NCBI GenBank assembly: GCA_963662465.1
Contig: OY759599.1
Location: 4,096,001 to 4,160,000, forward strand
Source of the DNA: Desulfatiglandales bacterium
GTDB lineage: Bacteria > Desulfobacterota > DSM-4660 > Desulfatiglandales > Desulfatiglandaceae
Reading direction: 5' to 3'
DNA length: 64,000 bases
A program made the translations under genes and the position numbers. Under the pieces are notes generated by a model. It was not told the origin of the DNA. It saw only the letters and a list, made by a program, of their open reading frames with translations, and did no database searches. Below are positions 26,776 to 35,233 of the stretch, in pieces (position 1 is the stretch's first letter; every line of letters begins with the position of its first letter).

Positions 26776-28797
26776 ATGATGAATAAAAAACACGTTTCCC
26801 TCCAGATCGACTTGGAACAGTTCAATCTGAGCCTCGATCTTCCCGGCCAAAAGGGACTGAGCCTTCAATTTGACACACCCTCGCGCAGATTTTACCTGTC
26901 GGTGATGGCCCTTGTACTGGACCGGATGAAAAAGGCGGGCAAGATTTCATTTGTGCCCCTTGAAAGCCATTCGGACATTCTGGCGCTTCTAAATGAGACC
27001 GTTGGGGGGTCGGTTGGGTCCTCGGAAATGAAAAATTTGCTGCCCCGGATTTACCGGAAATGGAAGGACGCCCTTCCGGACCTGGAATCAGCACCGCTAT
27101 TTAGGGTGGTGGGTCGAAAAAAAGAATACAATGACGCAGCCGAAAAATCATATGATTTTGGCGATAATGCCAAGGACGCCTGGGCCAATCTGTTTGCCTA
27201 CCAGGGGAGCAGAGAGACCATCAGCTTGAGGCTGTGCATTGACCGCCTGGGGATGACGCTGGACGATGTAACCCTTATTTACGGGTCGGATCAAGAGCAG
27301 GAGGGGAAAACCCCCTGGGACCGGTTCATGGAAAGTCTGAAAAGCAAAACACAACCGGAACCTGGACATACGACTGACAACACTCCCGACCCTGAGAAGA
27401 CCCATGGGGAGAAAAAGCCGCCAAAGGGCGGACTTCGGAATATGGCGCTGCCGGCGCTTCTCATTTTGATGGCGTTGGTTTCCCTGTTCCTGGGGCTAAA
27501 ATCTATGCTTGGACACTCCGGAACAATCAACGCCAAACCTGCACAAACTGCTTCGACCCCGGTGCTGGAAAAACCTTCCATTGCGGTGCTGCCCTTCACC
27601 AACATGAGTGGAGACCCGAACCAGGATTATATTGCCGATGGCATCAGTGAAAACATTATCTCCGCCCTTTCGAGGATCGGGGAAATCTTTGTGATCGCCA
27701 GAAATTCAACCTTTACCTACAAAAACAAAGCCGTGAAAGTGCAGCAGGTTGCCGAGGATCTGGGCATCCGCTATGTGCTGGAGGGCAGTGTTATGAAGTC
27801 CGGCGATAAAATCAGGGTTACGGCCCAGTTGATTGATGCCGTCAGTGGATATCATCTCTGGGCGGAGAAATTCGATCGGAATATGTCGGATTTTTTTCAG
27901 ATGCTGGATGAAATCACCCGTGAGATTGCGGTAGCGCTTCAGGTTAAACTCACCCACGGTGAACAGGTCCGTAAATGGTATGTCACCACCAACTTTGAAG
28001 CCTGGGGTGAAGTTGCAAAAGGACTCTGCATATTTGAGACTTATACCAAGGCGAATAATGCAAAGGCGCGGGAACTTTTCGAAAAGGCCGTCAAGCTGGA
28101 TCCAGACTGCGCTTTTGCCTGGGTCATGCTGGGATGGACCCACTATATCGACGTGCGGTTTGCCTTTGATATGCGAAATCCGCCGGCGTCTTTCAAAAAA
28201 GCCTTTCAATATGCGGAAAAAGCCTTATCCATTGATGATGCCTCGTCTGATGCTCATGCACAGCTGGCATCCATCTATCTGATACGAGGGCAGTTTGATC
28301 AGGCGGTACAGGAAGGTCAAAAATCGGTTGATCTGGGCCCCAACAACGCATTGAGCCACATCCTTTTTTCACAGATCATGCATTATGCCGGAAATCCGGA
28401 GCGGGCAGTGGCTCTGGCGGAACAGGCACTGAAATTATGTCCCTGTTGCCCGGCCTGGTATCAGGTAAAGCTGGGCAGAAGTTACGGGGACGCCGGACGC
28501 TATGAGGACGCACTTCGCCTTTATAAACAGGTTCTGGCGCGTGCGCGAAAAGGTGAGTTTCCCCTCTGGTTAGCAAATTCGCATCTGGCGATTACCTATT
28601 CAATGATGGGACAGGATGAAAAAGCGCGGTTTCATCTGGCGGAAACCCTCAAATTGAATCCTGCCTATTCATTGGATCTGGTGCGCAAAATTAATTTCTA
28701 TAAAGACCCCAAGCAACTTGAAGCCATATTTAACGCCCTGCGCAAAGCGGGACTCCCCGACAAGACCTCACTCGCTGTATCCGCCTCACCTTCCTGA
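26776..28797 (+). CDS. Membrane-anchored TolB-like/TPR protein (adenylate-cyclase-associated type) with unrecognised N-terminal domain
   Basis: KPSIAVLPFTNMSGDP.QDY.ADGISE.II..LS, YVLEGSV...G..IRVTAQLID, TPR repeats, LRKAGLP end; central TM. Confidence 0.8.
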   Translation: MMNKKHVSLQIDLEQFNLSLDLPGQKGLSLQFDTPSRRFYLSVMALVLDRMKKAGKISFVPLESHSDILALLNETVGGSVGSSEMKNLLPRIYRKWKDALPDLESAPLFRVVGRKKEYNDAAEKSYDFGDNAKDAWANLFAYQGSRETISLRLCIDRLGMTLDDVTLIYGSDQEQEGKTPWDRFMESLKSKTQPEPGHTTDNTPDPEKTHGEKKPPKGGLRNMALPALLILMALVSLFLGLKSMLGHSGTINAKPAQTASTPVLEKPSIAVLPFTNMSGDPNQDYIADGISENIISALSRIGEIFVIARNSTFTYKNKAVKVQQVAEDLGIRYVLEGSVMKSGDKIRVTAQLIDAVSGYHLWAEKFDRNMSDFFQMLDEITREIAVALQVKLTHGEQVRKWYVTTNFEAWGEVAKGLCIFETYTKANNAKARELFEKAVKLDPDCAFAWVMLGWTHYIDVRFAFDMRNPPASFKKAFQYAEKALSIDDASSDAHAQLASIYLIRGQFDQAVQEGQKSVDLGPNNALSHILFSQIMHYAGNPERAVALAEQALKLCPCCPAWYQVKLGRSYGDAGRYEDALRLYKQVLARARKGEFPLWLANSHLAITYSMMGQDEKARFHLAETLKLNPAYSLDLVRKINFYKDPKQLEAIFNALRKAGLPDKTSLAVSASPS

Positions 28798-29033
28798 TTT
28801 CAGGTTTTTCATCTCCAGACTTCAATTATCTCGGTAGCATTTTTTTTGATGTTTTGTGAGAAACAAAAAGGTGTTGACGGTCAGAACCGTCAACAGAGCG
28901 GCGCTATGAATAAAATTGCTGGAATTTTTTAAAACTCATATGCGTTGGGGGAGGTGAAGAAAAAGGAAATTGAATTTTGGGAAGCGGGAGATGTTAAACC
29001 ACAATTGAAAAATGGGAAAAAGGAGAAACCAAC

Positions 29034-29585
29034 ATGGCAAGATGTAGGAAAAACAGCGGCAGGGGTATTCTTAACCGATGGGGTCTGTGTTTGATGGTTT
29101 TCGTTATTTCATTATGGGCGCTCACATCCGTTGTGCAAGCGGGTGAAATTATCCGAAAAGGGAAGATCAACAGCGTGATTACCAAGATGCAGGCCATCCC
29201 CATTCCAGGATTGCCGGGACGGGTCATCGGCTTTTATGAGCGCCAGGGAGAGGCAACATATGAGGACGGCGAGACGGCTAAGCAAATTCTCAGGTGTACC
29301 TTTGATATGAACCGGGGGGCGGGGCCCTTTCAGGGATATTCCCAACTGACCTTCAAAGACGGCTCTGCGATGCTGGTAAAAATTGAGGGGGTCATGATAG
29401 CGCCGGAAAAAGGCAAGCTTCCAACCGGCAAGGGAACAGGGAAGTATATTGACGGAACGGGTCGCTTCAAAGGTATTCAGGGAACCATATCCTTCAATGT
29501 TACAGTACTCAAGCCTTTTGCCGGGGAAAGCAAGGGAGACGCCCTTGTGGAGGTTACAGGCACCTATACCCTGCCTGGAAAGTGA
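29034..29585 (+). CDS. Secreted beta-rich hypothetical protein
   Basis: AAGGAG RBS, signal peptide ending VQA, GTGRFKGI.G motif. Confidence 0.7.
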   Translation: MARCRKNSGRGILNRWGLCLMVFVISLWALTSVVQAGEIIRKGKINSVITKMQAIPIPGLPGRVIGFYERQGEATYEDGETAKQILRCTFDMNRGAGPFQGYSQLTFKDGSAMLVKIEGVMIAPEKGKLPTGKGTGKYIDGTGRFKGIQGTISFNVTVLKPFAGESKGDALVEVTGTYTLPGK

Positions 29586-29643
29586 TTCTCAGTCGAGATT
29601 TCGAGGCGACTCTGGGGAAGGGTTTCTCGGTTTAAAATAGCGG

Positions 29644-29684
29644 AGCGGGGGTAGGGGTGATCTTCCTTTCCCCGCTTTCTCTTT
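29644..29684 (+). terminator. Probable intrinsic terminator
   Basis: AGCGGGG...CCCCGCT stem followed by TTCTCTTT. Confidence 0.45.
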
Positions 29685-29889
29685 ATTGGCATAATTTTCG
29701 GTGTTGGAAGTCGCGGGGATTAAATCGATTTCTCCCCCTTGTCTGATCAACTTCGCCGGCACGCTGCTTGTGCAATAGTACCAACGGATCCTCGTCCAAG
29801 AACAAGAAATGCTTTGCCAATGCCCTTAGAAATGTGGGCCTGAAATAAAAGGGGTTGTTTTTAATTCCGGGGAAAGGTTCGAATCTCTA

Positions 29890-30684
29890 TCAGTGTTTCT
29901 TCTTTTTTTTAAGGCTTTCGAGATAGGCTTCGATGTCCTCCATCTTGAGACCTTTGAGTCTTTCCTGAGTCTTGAGACCTTTAAGCCTCTCTTCGGCTTT
30001 GAGACCTTTAAGCCTTTCTTCCGGATCCAGGTCTTCCAGGTGGGCCTTGACATAATCCTTTCTGAATTGTTCCATGGTATAGGGCATTGCGATTCCCTCC
30101 AGAGAATATTTTTCCAACAATTGGTTGACCACGGTGCTTCCGTCGTCCATTTGCCAGTGATAGTTTTCCAGTGCGAATCGGACTTTTTCCGGGTCAAAAG
30201 TGAAAAAGCTCAAAACGGCATTGCGCTGGACCAGTGGCAGCCTACTCAATACCAGAATCCGGATCAGGCGGCGCAACAACTTGATTTCCCATACGCCGGG
30301 TGTTATTTCCCTGGCTTGTGTTTTTGACAGCAATCCCACGGGATAGCGTGTACTGACGGCATACAACTGGATTTTGTGGGCCTTCGCGCCCGTTCTCTCA
30401 AGTATCTTTCTGTAGTTCACATAATGACCGATCAACTCCTCAATGGCCCATGAATTCAGGGACTGTCGTTTGGATTTGTAGCTCAACAGGTTATGACTGG
30501 AAAGGTTGTCAAACCCATCGCATATGCCCGACAGGTTTGCTTTTTCGTCTTTTTGTTCAACAATCACCACGTCCAGATACTGTCGCTTCAGGGAAAGATC
30601 TTTTTCCAGTTCCACGCGGAAACCGCGGTTGGAAAAATAATCAATGAGTAGCAAACCAAAAAGCCGATGCCAGTTGATATTCAT
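29890..30684 (-). CDS. Rpn/PD-(D/E)XK-like protein with C-terminal 9-aa tandem repeats
   Basis: WHRLFG, VELEKDLS..QYLDVVIV, L.YKS; three (P/A/T)(E/Q)ERLKGLK repeats encoded by ~27-bp repeats at ~29944-30025. Confidence 0.6.
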   Translation of the reverse strand: MNINWHRLFGLLLIDYFSNRGFRVELEKDLSLKRQYLDVVIVEQKDEKANLSGICDGFDNLSSHNLLSYKSKRQSLNSWAIEELIGHYVNYRKILERTGAKAHKIQLYAVSTRYPVGLLSKTQAREITPGVWEIKLLRRLIRILVLSRLPLVQRNAVLSFFTFDPEKVRFALENYHWQMDDGSTVVNQLLEKYSLEGIAMPYTMEQFRKDYVKAHLEDLDPEERLKGLKAEERLKGLKTQERLKGLKMEDIEAYLESLKKKKKH

Positions 30685-30879
30685 TTCTCTGCACCCGAAG
30701 TCGAAATTCTGATGTGGATAGACTCTTTCATCTGACCCCCTAAATAGAATGATATTCGATAACCGTTTCTTCTGCAATCCATTTTTTTCAGTTTCCAGCA
30801 ATTCTCATTTCAAAATGTGCCCCTGAAATTGTGATGACCCGGATGTATTGCGCCATTTCGGAAAGCTGCTCGGCTTGAA

Positions 30880-31038
30880 CGGACGGCATGAAGGAAGCGC
30901 GGGCGGAGATGGCGGAAATACACCGTCTGAATCCTGAGTTTTCCCTGGTGGACTGCATGCGCAACAGTTTTAATGATTAACCCGCCGGAAGACAAAAAAC
31001 GGTTTATCGATGCGTTGAAAGGCGCGGGTTTGAAATAA
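30880..31038 (+). pseudogene. 3' remnant of a TolB-like/TPR paralog
   Basis: EARAEMAEIHRLNPEFSL and RFIDALKGAGLK* in two frames, resembling the C-terminus of 26776..28797. Confidence 0.5.
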
Positions 31039-31076
31039 CAGGAACTTTTCAACCCATACAGATCCGGAACAAAGTA

Positions 31077-31421
31077 TCAAACCTCTCCTCTTTGGGGAAC
31101 GATGCAGATGAAATCAAAGGGACCAGACCCCGCATTCCTGAATTGGTGGGTCTCATTGTCATTGACATAAACATAGTCGCCCGGTTGTAACGGATGGTCA
31201 TTGCCCATTGCATCCGTCATGATGCCGTTTCCTGCTTCGATTTTGACCAAGTGGGGGAAATCATGGGAGTGATGTGGACTTTTTCCACCGGGCTTCAGGC
31301 TGAAATAGCGCAACACGATCTCCTTCGATCCATCATCCGGACCTATGACAATTTTCTTTTTTACATTTTCATACCCCTGCAAATTTGCGAAGGGGACATC
31401 TTTCAATTTTTTAATAACCAT
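31077..31421 (-). CDS. Cupin domain protein
   Basis: AAGGAG RBS + ATG 31421; PHHSHDFPH...G.G and PGDYVYV...ETHQFRN cupin motifs. Confidence 0.85.
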   Translation of the reverse strand: MVIKKLKDVPFANLQGYENVKKKIVIGPDDGSKEIVLRYFSLKPGGKSPHHSHDFPHLVKIEAGNGIMTDAMGNDHPLQPGDYVYVNDNETHQFRNAGSGPFDFICIVPQRGEV

Positions 31422-31649
31422 AACGTTCTCCTTGATTTCTTCCGGCCCTCTGGAACCTTCCCATGAGCCCGAGAGTTCGAGCAAAACCTCTGCCGGAGTT
31501 TTTATCGAGTTTGAATGATTTGTTCCGGCCAGGTATGCCCGCACCAGAAAAAGGACTTGCTGACTAACGGACCGATGCTCTGTTGCGGCAAGTGCTTTAA
31601 GGTGGTCATAGATGTCATTGTCGATCCCCTTAATCTGTAAATTTGCCAT
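31422..31649 (-). pseudogene. FitA-like ribbon-helix-helix antitoxin, truncated and fused in frame to the cupin
   Basis: MANLQIKGIDNDIYDHLKALAATEHRSVSQQV; LLELSGSW; no stop before the cupin. Confidence 0.6.
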
Positions 31650-31743
31650 TTTGAAACTCTCCCTTATTCTCTTCATGAAATTGTATGACGAATGCATGAA
31701 AACTGTCAATGGAAAGGAATGAAAACTTAAAATGCTCCGCTCA

Positions 31744-31912
31744 ATTTTTGGCTTCTTGTAATTCCCTTGTCGTCTCTGTATATTGGGACTGCTTATCATT
31801 CTCGTGCGATAATTTTTCGGTTGCGAGCATGCGAAAAGGCCTTGGTGGGAAACAACCCTCCACCTGCCGGGGTTTCGTGAGTATTCTGTTTATGATGGGG
31901 GAGAGAAGCGCG
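31744..31912 (+). pseudogene. Degenerate partial duplicate of the dcm upstream region and catalytic motif IV
   Basis: 31744-31787 matches 32388-32431; SFSCDNFSVASMRKGLGGKQ matches SFPCNDLSVAGMRKGLGGKQ. Confidence 0.75.
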
Positions 31913-32352
31913 TGAAAGCCGGAAAGCGTTATGTGTTAATGACAAAGCTCGCAAAACAAATTCATGTCTCCTGTGGCATCATCCGGCAGGATGATTTAAC
32001 GCTTGCCGTTCAACGAAGTGGGGACATGAGTTTGCCCCTGAAATGGGAGTTTCCGGGCGGCAAAATCGAACCGGGCGAAAGCCCGGAGGAATGTTTGCGG
32101 CGTGAACTGATGGAGGAACTGGATTTATGCGTTCAGGTTGGAGAGGCACTCAACCCCATGACCCATGCGTATGCCGCTTTTACGGTGATCCTTTATCCAT
32201 TTATCTGTGCCGTAGCATCGGGAAAGATCATTCTCCATGAACATGCGGCCTTCGCGTGGCTGCCTCCTTCCAGGCTGCTGACGCTCGATTGGGCCGAGGC
32301 GGACCGGCCTGTTCTTGATGCCTATTTGGAAATTCTTGAAGTTCGATGTTAA
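31912..32352 (+). CDS. MutT/NudG-like NUDIX hydrolase
   Basis: WEFPGGKIEPGESPEECLRRELMEEL Nudix box; WAEAD. Confidence 0.9.
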   Translation: MKAGKRYVLMTKLAKQIHVSCGIIRQDDLTLAVQRSGDMSLPLKWEFPGGKIEPGESPEECLRRELMEELDLCVQVGEALNPMTHAYAAFTVILYPFICAVASGKIILHEHAAFAWLPPSRLLTLDWAEADRPVLDAYLEILEVRC

Positions 32353-32568
32353 ATAGCTTGATCAGAAAAAACCAATCGGCAATATCCATTTTTGGCTTCT
32401 TGTAATTCCCTTGTTGTCTCTGTATATTGGGGCGGCTCCTTATGATGAAGAGAAAAATGAGGAAGAAGGGATTTGGCTATGGTTTCAGGAATCATTGATG
32501 GTCGAGCGGCCTTCGGGCGTGGCTCTAATCAAGATAGAGGCAAAGCCCAAAAATGGCAAAACAGAAAT

Positions 32569-33762
32569 ATGCTTCTCGATATGTCCTTTGCGGAGTTTTT
32601 TGCCGGTATTGGATTGATGCGGATGGGTTTGGAAAAGGCGGGGTGGCATGCGGCGTTTGCAAACGATATTGCGCCGGATAAGTTTGAGTTGTATGCAGGT
32701 CATTTTGGTGCAAACATCGGGCATTTTTTAGTTGAGGATGTTCATAATATCGGCCCCGATCAAATTCCAACCGTTACCATGGCAACCGCTTCCTTTCCGT
32801 GCAATGACCTTTCAGTTGCGGGCATGCGAAAAGGCCTTGGTGGAAAGCAGTCTTCTGCTTACTGGGGTTTCGTACGCGTCCTGGAAGAGATGGGGACCAG
32901 GCGTCCCCCGATTGTACTGCTTGAAAACGTTGCCGGTTTTCTAACATCCCATGGCGGCCGGGATTTTAAGGCGGCTTTGCAGGCCCTGAATCGGCTGGGC
33001 TATGCTGTAGACGCCATGATCATTGATGCCTCCCGTTTTGTGCCTCAAAGCCGTGTTCGACTTTTTGTGGTTGGCGTCCTTGGCCATGGTCATGGATGCT
33101 CGAGGATTGGTGAAACATTGATGTTCTGGGAAAGTCCGGTTCGTCCGAAAGCCCTTGCTCAATTCATATTTCTACATCCCGAAATCGTATGGGATATTAG
33201 AGACGTAGCCCCACTCCCCAATGTCAGCGCATCTTTTCCGGATGTATTGGAAGATCTTCCTGATGATTCTCCGCTCTGGTGGAATCCGAAACGTCGAGAC
33301 TATCTTATCAGTCAGATGAGTGAAAAGCACGCAGAACAATTACAGCATATGATGGCGGGAAAGCGTTGGACTTACGGCACTGTTTTTCGACGGGTGCGGA
33401 AGAACAGAACCATGGCTGAACTTCGAACTGACGGTATCGCAGGGTGCTTGCGTACCCCGCGCGGTGGAAGCGCGAGGCAGATCTTGGTTCAGGCGGGCTA
33501 CGGGATCGTAAAGGTGCGCCTACTGACGCCCCGAGAGTGTGCGAGGCTAATGGGAGCGGACGATTTTGTTATGGGGGACGTCCCCTTGAATCGTGCATTG
33601 TTCGGGTTCGGCGACGCAGTTTGCGTCCCTGTTATCAGTTGGATTGCGAAAAATTACCTTAATCCACTTGTAGAGGAAATGGGAGTACAAAAGAATTCAC
33701 TTGAAAACCAAGGTTCTTTTACTGAAAACAACGTAAACTGTGTCCTTTCTGGAAATAGATAA
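32569..33762 (+). CDS. dcm: DNA (cytosine-5) methyltransferase
   Basis: FAGIG (I), SFPC (IV), LENV (VI), PQSR.R (VIII), R.LTPRECARLMG (IX), FGDAV (X); start uncertain. Confidence 0.92.
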   Translation: MLLDMSFAEFFAGIGLMRMGLEKAGWHAAFANDIAPDKFELYAGHFGANIGHFLVEDVHNIGPDQIPTVTMATASFPCNDLSVAGMRKGLGGKQSSAYWGFVRVLEEMGTRRPPIVLLENVAGFLTSHGGRDFKAALQALNRLGYAVDAMIIDASRFVPQSRVRLFVVGVLGHGHGCSRIGETLMFWESPVRPKALAQFIFLHPEIVWDIRDVAPLPNVSASFPDVLEDLPDDSPLWWNPKRRDYLISQMSEKHAEQLQHMMAGKRWTYGTVFRRVRKNRTMAELRTDGIAGCLRTPRGGSARQILVQAGYGIVKVRLLTPRECARLMGADDFVMGDVPLNRALFGFGDAVCVPVISWIAKNYLNPLVEEMGVQKNSLENQGSFTENNVNCVLSGNR

Positions 33763-33794
33763 AGCTGTAATGCAAATTTCCGAGGCCTTTTGAG

Positions 33795-34733
33795 ATGATG
33801 AACAATCAGAAACTGAATGCGCAACTTGAAAAATTCGAGATCGAAGAAAGCATCAATTCCAAGGGACCCCTTTGCGTGGTTTTGGTTGTTACGCGAACCG
33901 CAAATAAGCAAGAGCCGCCATATGTTGCCGAGAATTTCTTGACGCCTCAAGGCGGACAGGTCTCCGGTCTCGGGCGGGCCGCCGTGCAAGCGATTCTTGA
34001 AGACTATGGCATTATCCGAGTCCTCGCTGAAGAAGGCGGCAGAACCAGTCGCGGCAGCATCAATCGGATGAGGGCCTATCTTGATCTACTGAATTCGCTT
34101 AATGCTGAAGGACTGCTCGACTTTAGGGCGATTGAAAAATGGTGGATACAGCGTGTAAAGGCATATTTTGCAGCCAAGCCATTTAGGTTGAAGATTGATC
34201 CATCAAAATCGCTTCGAAACATGATTTCGGAGCTGATAGAGGCGGCCTTTGACCGTCAAAGGGAATGTCGAGGCACTATGATTGCAGGGGCTGTTATGCA
34301 GCATCTTGTAGGCGCAAAACTTGAACTTGCGTTGCCGGACGGCCATCTGGAACACAACGGCTTTTCAGTGGCTGACGCGCCCGGCGGGCGAAAAGGAGAT
34401 TTCCTTATTGGAGATACTGCCATACATGTCACGACAGCCCCATCGGAGGCTTTAATCAGAAAATGCTCCGATAATTTGAACGAAAATCTCAGGCCGCTTA
34501 TTATAACCACTGAAAACGGTGCGGGAGGGGCTGACGCTTTGGCAAAAAATGCCGATCTTGCCGATCGGATAGACATTCTTGAAATTGAGCAGTTTGTTGC
34601 TGTCAACGTTTACGAATGGAGTCGGTTCGAAAATGCACAGCGTCCAGTGAGCATTCGCGAATTGATGGCTACATATAATAGAATCGTTGAACAGGTTGAG
34701 ACCGATCCCAGTTTGAGAATTAAAGTGGGTTAA
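33795..34733 (+). CDS. DUF4928-like putative restriction endonuclease
   Basis: GAVMQHLVGAKL, VAD....RKGDF.IGDTAIHVT.AP; position between dcm and vsr. Confidence 0.65.
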   Translation: MMNNQKLNAQLEKFEIEESINSKGPLCVVLVVTRTANKQEPPYVAENFLTPQGGQVSGLGRAAVQAILEDYGIIRVLAEEGGRTSRGSINRMRAYLDLLNSLNAEGLLDFRAIEKWWIQRVKAYFAAKPFRLKIDPSKSLRNMISELIEAAFDRQRECRGTMIAGAVMQHLVGAKLELALPDGHLEHNGFSVADAPGGRKGDFLIGDTAIHVTTAPSEALIRKCSDNLNENLRPLIITTENGAGGADALAKNADLADRIDILEIEQFVAVNVYEWSRFENAQRPVSIRELMATYNRIVEQVETDPSLRIKVG

Positions 34734-34744
34734 CGCCGAATCAA

Positions 34745-35224
34745 TTGGATACTTTTTCCCCTGAAAAACGCAGCGATATCATGCGGCGCGTCCATTCAGT
34801 AAATACAACGCCTGAGAGAAAAGTCCGCTCCCTTCTCCATCGCCTGGGGTTTAGATTTCGACTGCACCGAAAAGACCTTCCCGGAAAGCCGGACATTGTC
34901 CTTCCAAAACATTTGACCGTAATTTTTGTTAATGGGTGTTTTTGGCACCGTCACCCCGGATGTTCAAGAGCCACAACGCCGGCTACCCATCAAGATTATT
35001 GGCTGCCTAAATTTGCGCGAACCGTGAAACGGGATTTTGAGAATCAAAGAAAGCTTCGCGCTTCAGGGTGGAATGTTGTCATTGTATGGGAGTGCGAACT
35101 TCGAAACCCTGATATATTGGCCGATCGACTGCAAAAAGAAATCATGGGTCCTAAAGCCTTTTATAAACAAGATCTTGGATGCAATCGACTGGCCGCGGAA
35201 GACGGCGAACCTTACGGAAGGTAA
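34745..35224 (+). CDS. vsr: Very-short-patch repair endonuclease
   Basis: RS.IMRRV.S.NT.PE, LPGKPDIV, FVNGCFWHRH, GW.V.IVWECE. Confidence 0.93.
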   Translation: MDTFSPEKRSDIMRRVHSVNTTPERKVRSLLHRLGFRFRLHRKDLPGKPDIVLPKHLTVIFVNGCFWHRHPGCSRATTPATHQDYWLPKFARTVKRDFENQRKLRASGWNVVIVWECELRNPDILADRLQKEIMGPKAFYKQDLGCNRLAAEDGEPYGR

Positions 35225-35233
35225 GAGAAATTA

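Noticed and set aside
29944..30025. CRISPR-like 27-bp repeats
   Set aside because: Contiguous in-frame coding repeats without spacers
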